From contig JADFSZ010000015.1 in the NCBI GenBank assembly GCA_022560555.1, positions 1 through 16,276 of the forward strand: 16,276 nucleotides of DNA, given 5' to 3'. Of this stretch, positions 1 to 6,374 are shown piece after piece. This DNA is from PVC group bacterium (lineage in GTDB: Bacteria; GCA-001730085; JADFSZ01). The position numbers and the translations under genes were made by a program. Position 1 is the first letter of the stretch; every line of letters begins with the position of its first letter. The notes under the pieces are model-generated. The model was given only the letters and a program-made list of their open reading frames with translations. It was not told the DNA's origin and made no database searches.

Positions 1-1047
1 TGTCAATCCGTATACATGTTTGTAAAATCCGAAGAGTACCATCATCGAACTATTATGGATAATATGAACCGAAATGGATGCTGTTAACGATCCGGTCCGT
101 TCGTATAGAAAAGTCAAGAGACATCCAAGAAAAAATATCGGTAAAAAAGCATACATATTCGCATGAATCAAAGAAAATATGACCCCAATAATAATGATCG
201 AGGCAAAAACACCGTATTTTTCTCGTACAACCGGATACATGAGTCCGCGAAAAATGATTTCCTCACAAATAGGACCGATAACGCAGGCCAATAAAACCAA
301 AAACAGAATCACGACAGCGGATTCTTCCGCCATCATCATGGGAATCAGCGGATGAGGCTGTATGGGGCGCCCCAAAAAACTCATAAGAAAAAAAGATATA
401 ATAATTCCGGAAAACATAACAGGAACAAAACCAATATAGGAAAGAAGCCCCCAGAGAATCGCTTTAAATTTCTTGTGTGCTTTTATTCCTATAGCCCCAA
501 GGCTTTGTCCAAAAATCTTGGTAATACGAAAGAAGATATAAATGACAATGCCTATATCCAATATCAAAGCATTGAGCCCTTGAACCCAATCCTTCTCGGC
601 TAATACCTCCTTATCAAGCCCTGAGGCAAAAAAACCTTCCGTTAATCCTAAAATATAACCAAAAAACAAATACACAAGCAAAACGCGAAAGACTTCCGTG
701 AGATTCCATAGCGGCGTTTCATGGGATGAAAAAGAAGGGATGGTTTTTTTTCCGGATAATTCCAGCACCAAAAAAATGATAAGTAAAATTGACCCCAGAA
801 CCAGCATGAGTGCAAACAGGAAAATGGCCCCATGAAGGGCTCGTTTTAATATTGGATGTATTCGTAAGACATCCTCAACGGACTCCTGATCTAATGGATC
901 CATAATTTTAGCGGTCGTTAACTCATCTATTTCAACGGGAAGATACACGCTCAGAACCTGCACAAGCAATATAAAAACCAACATGAGCATATAGACCCGG
1001 TTGTTTCTTACAAAATCACTGATTTTCTTATGAGACATCATACACAT
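1..1047 (-). CDS. CPBP family intramembrane glutamic endopeptidase (CAAX/Abi-type protease), partial; C-terminus lies beyond the left window edge
   Basis: This gene is missing from the supplied ORF track because the frame stays open to position 1. My hand translation of the minus strand from ATG 1047 (alternative ATGs at 1041 and 1038) gives an uninterrupted ~348-codon frame: MCMMSHKKISDFVRNNRVYMLMLVFILLVQVL... It has several hydrophobic segments and the three CPBP motifs: GPICEEIIFRGL (EExxxR, nt ~247-264), IFSLIHAN (FxxxH, nt ~163-177) and SISVHIIHN (HxxxN, nt ~52-66). It begins 19 nt downstream of the plsY stop. Confidence 0.8.
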   Translation of the reverse strand, partial: MCMMSHKKISDFVRNNRVYMLMLVFILLVQVLSVYLPVEIDELTTAKIMDPLDQESVEDVLRIHPILKRALHGAIFLFALMLVLGSILLIIFLVLELSGKKTIPSFSSHETPLWNLTEVFRVLLVYLFFGYILGLTEGFFASGLDKEVLAEKDWVQGLNALILDIGIVIYIFFRITKIFGQSLGAIGIKAHKKFKAILWGLLSYIGFVPVMFSGIIISFFLMSFLGRPIQPHPLIPMMMAEESAVVILFLVLLACVIGPICEEIIFRGLMYPVVREKYGVFASIIIIGVIFSLIHANMYAFLPIFFLGCLLTFLYERTGSLTASISVHIIHNSSMMVLFGFYKHVYGLT

Positions 1048-1066
1048 TCTGCACAGCCCATCACAT

Positions 1067-1669
1067 TTAATGAAGACGGTTTTCTTTCCCCCGGATAAGA
1101 CGCCGAATATTTTCTCGATGACGAACAATAATGATCATACCAATGATAACGGAAAACAAGACCAATTCTTTCGGCTCGTGAAATAGGATTAAAAATACAG
1201 GCATGGTAATCGTAGCCGCAAGAGAGGCTAAAGACACATAACGAAAAAGGAAAAAAATAACAGCAAAAACGATAATACCCGCCAGCATGCCTTTCCAACT
1301 CAGAGCGAGAAAAACGCCCGCGCTTGTGGCAACGCCTTTACCTCCGTGGAATTTTAGAAATACCGTCCATGTATGGCCCGCGATAGCCCCAACCCCTAAT
1401 AAAATGGATTGAAGAATAGACAGGTCAACCAAAAACAGTCTCGGCAAGAGGAGCACCGCCACCACCCCCTTCATGATGTCAAAAAGAAGCGTACTGACAC
1501 CCGCGACAGGACCCAATACGCGATAAGCATTAGAAGCACCAAGATTCCCGCTCCCGAATGATCTGATATCTTTATGAAAAAATGCTTTTCCTACCCAATA
1601 TCCGGTGGGGATGGAACCTATAATATAAGAAAGGGTTAACAAAAAGAAAAATTTACCGACACATTCCAT
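1067..1669 (-). CDS. plsY: Glycerol-3-phosphate acyltransferase PlsY (acyl-phosphate dependent)
   Basis: 200-aa polytopic membrane ORF. N-terminus LSYIIGSIPTGYWVGK followed by SFGSGNLGASNAYR, matching the PlsY GSGNxGATN-type motif. Size is typical for the family. Its ATG overlaps the der stop as TAATG. Confidence 0.93.
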   Translation of the reverse strand: MECVGKFFFLLTLSYIIGSIPTGYWVGKAFFHKDIRSFGSGNLGASNAYRVLGPVAGVSTLLFDIMKGVVAVLLLPRLFLVDLSILQSILLGVGAIAGHTWTVFLKFHGGKGVATSAGVFLALSWKGMLAGIIVFAVIFFLFRYVSLASLAATITMPVFLILFHEPKELVLFSVIIGMIIIVRHRENIRRLIRGKENRLH

Positions 1670-3036
1670 TAACGGCGCCCCTTCTTTCTTTTTTGGCGTT
1701 TAACTTTCGGGTAATCCTCTCGCGGCCTCATTTTGTATTTTAGATCAACGCGTACTCCGCGATATCCAAATCGCTCCTCAACATAGTTAAGCAAATATTG
1801 TCGGTAAGAAGGAACAATGTTCTTGGGATCATTGACAAATATCAGAAATTGAGGAGGAAAGACATTTATCTGAGTGGCATAATAAAATTTTGCTCTTTTA
1901 CCACGAACCAGTGGAGGCGTATAACTCAATGTGGCCTTTTTTAATACTTGATTCACAATACTTGTCGCGATTTTTCTCTCAAAATGAGTTTGTATCTCAT
2001 GAATATAATCAAATACTTTCAACACATTAAGACCCTCTTTAACGGACATAAATAATACGTCGAATATTCTTCGTTTTCTAAACCGCTGATCGATATATTT
2101 AATAAACTTTTCCTGCGTAACATCTTTGATTGTATCCCATTTATTGACAACCAAAACAAGAGCCCTTCCCTCCCTTAAAATAAAATCAATGATTTTTAAA
2201 TCCTGCTCCGTCAAGCCTTCAGACGTATCAATCATATGAATCACAATTCGAGCGTCTCGTATACTTTTAAGGCTGCGCGCGACACTATACGACTCAGGTA
2301 TTTTTACGACTTTTCTTTTTTTTCTCATCCCGGCCGTATCGATAAAAGTAAATGATTCGCCTTTATACATGACACGAACGTCAACAGCATCGCGGGTAGT
2401 CCCCGGGACATCATCGACAATGAGACGTTTCTCCTCCAGCAAGCAATTAATGAACGAGGATTTACCCACATTAGGTTTCCCAACAACAGCCACGTGTAAA
2501 GATTTTTCTTGGGATTCAACTGATTCACCCTCAGGAGTATCAGCCAAGATATTTTTAATCTGCTCAAATATATTTTCTATGCCGCGATTATGTACCGCGG
2601 ACACAGCGCAGATGTTACTCGTACCTAAAGAGTGGAATTCTGCTAACTCCGATTCGTCCGCCTTCTGGTCCACTTTATTAATAATTAGAATAATAGGCTT
2701 GCCTTTTTTTCGTATTTCCTTAAGGAGCCCGCCATCTAAGACATTCATCTTTCCTCCGGCAAAATCAACAACATAAAGTATAAGCCCCGATTCTTCCAAG
2801 GCAAAATCCACTTGTTCGCGAATACTAACTTCGATATGGCTTTGGGGCGATGGCATTATCCCTCCCGTATCCACAAGAGAAAAGCAAACTTGATCGACTT
2901 TGCATGCCCCATACACACGGTCCCTTGTCATGCCCGGCTCAACGTGCGTGATAACCCTGTTTTTCCGGATCATGCGGTTAAATAACGTGGATTTACCAAC
3001 GTTGGGTCTTCCAATAATAGCAACAATTCGATTCAT
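1669..3036 (-). CDS. der: Ribosome-biogenesis GTPase Der (EngA), with tandem GTPase domains
   Basis: 455-aa ORF with two P-loops (GRPNVGKSTLFN and GKPNVGKSSFIN), two DTGG/DTAG and NKVD/NKWD boxes, and a C-terminal KH-like region with a basic tail. A GGAGG Shine-Dalgarno sits 7 nt upstream. The start overlaps the pgsA stop as ATGA. Confidence 0.95.
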   Translation of the reverse strand: MNRIVAIIGRPNVGKSTLFNRMIRKNRVITHVEPGMTRDRVYGACKVDQVCFSLVDTGGIMPSPQSHIEVSIREQVDFALEESGLILYVVDFAGGKMNVLDGGLLKEIRKKGKPIILIINKVDQKADESELAEFHSLGTSNICAVSAVHNRGIENIFEQIKNILADTPEGESVESQEKSLHVAVVGKPNVGKSSFINCLLEEKRLIVDDVPGTTRDAVDVRVMYKGESFTFIDTAGMRKKRKVVKIPESYSVARSLKSIRDARIVIHMIDTSEGLTEQDLKIIDFILREGRALVLVVNKWDTIKDVTQEKFIKYIDQRFRKRRIFDVLFMSVKEGLNVLKVFDYIHEIQTHFERKIATSIVNQVLKKATLSYTPPLVRGKRAKFYYATQINVFPPQFLIFVNDPKNIVPSYRQYLLNYVEERFGYRGVRVDLKYKMRPREDYPKVKRQKRKKGRR

Positions 3037-3587
3037 TTTGGAGCCTCCATATGGGGGCTATCCAGATAACGCAACCCGGATATAATGTAATCAAAACCGG
3101 ATATGAAGGTCACCGATAACGTCATCCATATTAAAATCGTAACACTGGGGCTTTCAAGTAATACCATGAGGATCGTGAGCATCTGAATAAAGGTTGTGGC
3201 TTTCCCCCATATTCTTGGTGTAATCTCCACAACGGGCTTAACAACATTTAAAATTAAAACTCCCCCCACAATAATACTATCCCGACTCACAACAAGAATC
3301 ATCAGCCAGACAGGGATCAATCCCTTCCATGTCAGCATAACAAACGCGACAAGCAACAACAGCTTGTCAGCCACAGGATCAAGCACCGTTCCTATAAGTG
3401 TTCTGGCATTAAGAGCTCGAGCGAGAATCCCGTCCAGGGCATCCGAAAGAGCGCATACGAGAAATATCCAAAATGGAATCCAGCGTTTTGATGCCGCGGG
3501 ATCATCGATATAGTAGATTGAGATAGCAAATACGGGGACCATAACAATTCTAAACAGCGTAATGATATTCGGAATGGTATTTTTCAT
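3033..3587 (-). CDS. pgsA: CDP-diacylglycerol--glycerol-3-phosphate 3-phosphatidyltransferase (CDP-alcohol phosphatidyltransferase family)
   Basis: Contains the full CDP-alcohol phosphatidyltransferase signature D-G-x2-A-R-x8-G-x3-D-x3-D in SDALDGILARALNARTLIGTVLDPVADK, plus multiple TM segments. The ORF-track start at 3659 is a TTG that would overlap lepB by 41 nt. The ATG at 3587 gives MKNTIPNIITLFR..., which matches the usual PgsA N-terminus, so I prefer it. Confidence 0.85.
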   Translation of the reverse strand: MKNTIPNIITLFRIVMVPVFAISIYYIDDPAASKRWIPFWIFLVCALSDALDGILARALNARTLIGTVLDPVADKLLLLVAFVMLTWKGLIPVWLMILVVSRDSIIVGGVLILNVVKPVVEITPRIWGKATTFIQMLTILMVLLESPSVTILIWMTLSVTFISGFDYIISGLRYLDSPHMEAPK

Positions 3588-3618
3588 AAGTGACAGATTC
3601 GTAAGGAATAGACTTAAA

Positions 3619-4194
3619 TTAGCGTATGAGCCTGACACGGTTAAACGGCCAAAAAACAAGAAGCGCCTTCCCTACAAGATTTTCTTTAGGGACAAACCCC
3701 CAATAGCGGCTATCTTTACTATTGTTGCTATTATCACCGAGTACATAATAGTGATTTTCCGGAACATTGACAATCATACCCTCGGCACCGTAAGGCCCGC
3801 GATTATAGTAGTATTTATTTTTAATTTCGTCCATCATCACCATTTCACCGTCAATATAAATATTACCGCCGCGGATCTCGACATTCTCGCCTCCCTTAGC
3901 GATCATTCTTTTGATAAAATCACGCTTAGGATTCACAGGATATTTAAATACAATCACATCTCCCCTCTCGGGCTCCTCAAATTTGTAAGTAAACTTACTC
4001 ACGATAAGACGATCCTTAATCATCAGAGTGGGTATCATGGACCCGGTAGGAATCTTAAATGCTTCAATAACGAAAGTGCGTATAAGCATAGCAAGCAGAA
4101 ATGCTATGATCAGGGCTTCCGCGTATTCACGTACGATACTTTTCCGCTTGGGGTTCGTATCCTTCAAGCCGACTAATTTATCCCGAAGCCACAT
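3619..4194 (-). CDS. lepB: Signal peptidase I (S26 family)
   Basis: 191-aa ORF with an N-terminal TM anchor. It has the catalytic Ser box IPTGSMIPTL, the Lys box FIKRMIAKGGE, and box E GDNSNNSKDSRYWGFVP. It follows lepA, as in the classical lepA-lepB operon. Confidence 0.93.
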   Translation of the reverse strand: MWLRDKLVGLKDTNPKRKSIVREYAEALIIAFLLAMLIRTFVIEAFKIPTGSMIPTLMIKDRLIVSKFTYKFEEPERGDVIVFKYPVNPKRDFIKRMIAKGGENVEIRGGNIYIDGEMVMMDEIKNKYYYNRGPYGAEGMIVNVPENHYYVLGDNSNNSKDSRYWGFVPKENLVGKALLVFWPFNRVRLIR

Positions 4195-4195
4195 T

Positions 4196-4453
4196 TTACT
4201 GACCTTTCACTAAGTAATGGATACAATGGAAGCCTCTATTTGAGCCTGACGCACGGCGCGACAACGACGGCGTATTCAAAGCACTACGTTGAGGAGAAGT
4301 AACACAGAGAACAGGCCAAAGAGAGGCTTCCTCGAAGAGGCTGGCCCCTTTTGAGCTGCGACGGCGTTGCTCGTCGCTTACGTGTTGCCTTGAACACGCC
4401 ACGCTCCTCGTCTCCTTGTCTCGCTTCAAAATTGTCTCAGCCAATGTGCCCAT
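4196..4453 (-). CDS. Doubtful 85-aa ORF spanning the structured element (hypothetical small protein, or a spurious ORF)
   Basis: The ATG at 4453 lies 14 nt after the lepA stop, and the TAA stop ends 1 nt before the lepB ATG (TAAAATG). The product is Ser/Arg-rich with no recognisable domain or TM segment. There is no SD upstream, and the composition is atypical for this genome. I list it only because it fills the gap so exactly. Confidence 0.2.
   Translation of the reverse strand: MGTLAETILKRDKETRSVACSRQHVSDEQRRRSSKGASLFEEASLWPVLCVTSPQRSALNTPSLSRRASGSNRGFHCIHYLVKGQ
4199..4220. repeat. Left arm of the terminal inverted repeat (CTGACCTTTCACTAAGTAATGG)
   Basis: Its reverse complement matches 4450-4471 at 20 of 22 positions. 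It contains the complement of the lepB Shine-Dalgarno (cctttc, 4203-4208). Confidence 0.85.
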
Positions 4454-4471
4454 TATTTAGTAAAAGGTCAG
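4450..4471. repeat. Right arm of the terminal inverted repeat (CCATTATTTAGTAAAAGGTCAG)
   Basis: Pairs with 4199-4220. It contains the lepA stop codon (TGA on the minus strand, 4468-4470). Confidence 0.85.
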
Positions 4472-6255
4472 TTCTCGTCCTTTTTTATCACAGCCATAAA
4501 AGCTTCTTGAGGTATTTGCACCTTGCCGAATTGTTTCATTCTTTTTTTGCCTTCTTTTTGTTTTTCCCAAAGTTTTCGCTTTCTTGTAATATCTCCCCCG
4601 TAACATTTTTCCGTAACATTTTTCCGTAAGGCCTTAATGGTTTCCCTCGCAACCACCCGGGAGCCTATAGCCGCCTGCAGAGAGATTTCAAAAAGCTGTC
4701 TTGGAATAAGACCTTTTAATTTCAAAGCCACTTGACGGCCTTTACTTTCCGCTTCCTTACGAAAAACAATACTGGAAAAAGCATCCACAATCTCTCCCCC
4801 CACCATAATATCCAATCTTACCAAATCACTTTTTCGATATCCGAGATGCTCATAGTCAAGAGATCCATATCCGTTTGTACCGGATTTCAAGCGATCATAA
4901 AAGTCATAGATCACTTCGGATAAAGGCAATTCATACGTTAAAATCACATGCTGTTCATCCATATATTCGGTACTTTTATAGACTCCGCGGCGATCTTGTG
5001 CCAGCTTCATCACCGAGCCCACGGAAGTGACCGGACAAATAATATACGCATGGATGAAAGGCTCCCTTATCTCACGGCATTCGTGCGTTAAAGGCATTTG
5101 GCTGGGATTATAGATCCATAATTCCTTTCCTTTTTCATCTATCACTTGATACGTCACATTCGGAGACGTTGTTATGAGATTGAGACCATACTCTCTTTCC
5201 AAACGCTCCTGAACCACTTCCATATGAAGCAGGCCCAAAAAACCACACCGAAATCCAAATCCGATCGCCGGAGATGACTCCGCCTCATATGTCAGCGAAG
5301 AATCATTGAGCCCTAGTTTCGACAAAGAGTCCCGCAGGGCTTCATAATCCGCCTGATTCACCGGATAGAGTCCTGCGTACACCATGGGATGAATTTTTTT
5401 GTACCCGGGAAATACATTTTTTGTCGGCCGCTTGGAATCCGTAATCGTATCCCCGATCTGAATATCATGGCTATCTTTGATGTTCGCCACAACATATCCC
5501 ACTTCTCCGGCAGACAAAACGTCGGTTTTGACATTCGCAGCCTTAAATATCCCAATTTCTTCCACGCGATATTTCCTCTTTGATTGGATAAATAGAATCT
5601 CCATACCCGCCCGAATAGTGCCATTGACAACACGAATACAAACCACAACTCCACGATAGGAATTGTACGTTGAATCAAAAACGAGAGCTTGCAATTCTTT
5701 TGTTTCGTCTCCAACAGGAGAAGGGATTTCATTAATAATCCGCTCAAGAACACTAGGAATATTCAATCCCTCTTTCGCGCTAATAAGTGTGCACTTGTCT
5801 TCCTCTATTTTTAGAACGTCACGTATTTGCTTTTGGCATAGCTGAATATCCGCAGATTTGATATCAATTTTATTTAGAATAGGAATGATGGTCAGATTTT
5901 GAGCTTTGGCCAAACGGCAATTCACAACGGTTTGAGCTTCCACACCCTGACTAGCATCAATCACCAAAAGGGCGCCTTCGCATGCCGATAAGCTCCGGGA
6001 TACTTCATAGGAAAAATCCACATGCCCCGGGGTGTCGATCAAATTGAGAACATATCCTTTATAATCCAGGCGGATAGCTTTGGCTTTGATCGTAATACCA
6101 CGTTCCCGTTCAATATCCATGTCATCGAGAAATTGTTCTTTAAGTTCTCTGGCAGAGACCGTACTCGTTTCTTCCAATAAGCGATCGGCTAACGTTGATT
6201 TACCGTGATCAATGTGCGCAATAATACAAAAATTCCTGATCTTTGTGATATCCAT
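4468..6255 (-). CDS. lepA: Translation elongation factor 4 (LepA)
   Basis: 595-aa ORF. N-terminus IRNFCIIAHIDHGKSTLADRLLE, then DTPGHVDF and NKIDI G-boxes. The LepA-specific C-terminal domain is present, with ALRKNVTEKCYGGDITRKRKLWEKQKEGKKRMK. Confidence 0.97.
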   Translation of the reverse strand: MDITKIRNFCIIAHIDHGKSTLADRLLEETSTVSARELKEQFLDDMDIERERGITIKAKAIRLDYKGYVLNLIDTPGHVDFSYEVSRSLSACEGALLVIDASQGVEAQTVVNCRLAKAQNLTIIPILNKIDIKSADIQLCQKQIRDVLKIEEDKCTLISAKEGLNIPSVLERIINEIPSPVGDETKELQALVFDSTYNSYRGVVVCIRVVNGTIRAGMEILFIQSKRKYRVEEIGIFKAANVKTDVLSAGEVGYVVANIKDSHDIQIGDTITDSKRPTKNVFPGYKKIHPMVYAGLYPVNQADYEALRDSLSKLGLNDSSLTYEAESSPAIGFGFRCGFLGLLHMEVVQERLEREYGLNLITTSPNVTYQVIDEKGKELWIYNPSQMPLTHECREIREPFIHAYIICPVTSVGSVMKLAQDRRGVYKSTEYMDEQHVILTYELPLSEVIYDFYDRLKSGTNGYGSLDYEHLGYRKSDLVRLDIMVGGEIVDAFSSIVFRKEAESKGRQVALKLKGLIPRQLFEISLQAAIGSRVVARETIKALRKNVTEKCYGGDITRKRKLWEKQKEGKKRMKQFGKVQIPQEAFMAVIKKDEN

Positions 6256-6307
6256 TTTCTTGAATTTAGAACCTTAGGCGCTCTAGTTGATATAAAATTT
6301 TATATAA

Positions 6308-6346
6308 GTTATACGAAAGGAAGGATTTTGTCAATGTTAGTGTCAA
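6308..6346 (-). promoter_or_regulatory. Possible sigma70-type promoter region for lepA
   Basis: The minus strand reads CCTTGACACTAACATTGACAAAATCCTTCCTTTCGTATAACT. There are two TTGACA hexamers (6341-6346 and 6329-6334) and a TATAAC (6308-6313). The spacer from the proximal -35 is only 15 nt, so this is tentative. Confidence 0.3.
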
Positions 6347-6374
6347 GGCCCGCAGGATATAAAGCCAATTATTT

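Larger units (their letters stand above)
4198..4472 (-). other. GC-enriched, highly self-complementary intergenic element filling the lepA-lepB junction (candidate structured RNA or MITE-like insert)
   Basis: Terminal arms 4199-4220 and 4450-4471 pair over 22 positions with one mismatch and one wobble; a further pair (4198/4472) makes it 23 bp. The helix extends through ACAATGG 4223-4229 / CCAATGT 4441-4447. Internal hairpins are 4381-4386/4393-4398, 4358-4363/4372-4377 and 4314-4318/4342-4346. Long-range complements are 4228-4237/4322-4331 (10 bp perfect) and 4291-4296/4404-4409 (6 bp). GC is about 51% (core about 56%) by hand count, against about 37-45% in the flanking lines I counted. The strand is assigned only from operon context. 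Confidence 0.5.

Noticed and set aside
1038-1298. 86-aa minus-strand ORF overlapping plsY in another frame.
   Set aside because: It is embedded in the well-supported plsY frame and has no independent support.
3588-3659. TTG start at 3659 for pgsA (the ORF-track call), preceded by a GGAAGG-like SD.
   Set aside because: It would overlap lepB by 41 nt and add 24 non-conserved residues. The ATG at 3587 reproduces the canonical PgsA N-terminus. I keep it as a minority possibility.
3562-4176. 204-aa plus-strand ORF antisense to lepB. Similar long antisense ORFs occur at 2369-2776 (+), 10619-11125 (+), 12738-13031 (+) and 13560-13937 (+).
   Set aside because: Each lies entirely inside a confidently identified minus-strand gene. 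None has a recognisable motif or an SD. They are typical shadow ORFs on the strand opposite real genes.
4198-4472. Identity of the GC-rich element as RNase P RNA, long (Bacillus-type) SRP RNA, 6S RNA, tmRNA, a tRNA or a retron msr/msd.
   Set aside because: There is no GGAAAGUCC / ACAGAANCCGGCUUA P4 pair in the proper positions, even though GAGGAGAAGU and ACAGAGAACAGGCC look superficially similar and lie adjacent. There is no GGAAGCAGC SRP helix-8 motif, no tRNA-like GGUUCGA T-arm, and it is longer than 6S. Retron-like terminal repeats are present, but no reverse transcriptase gene follows (lepB does).
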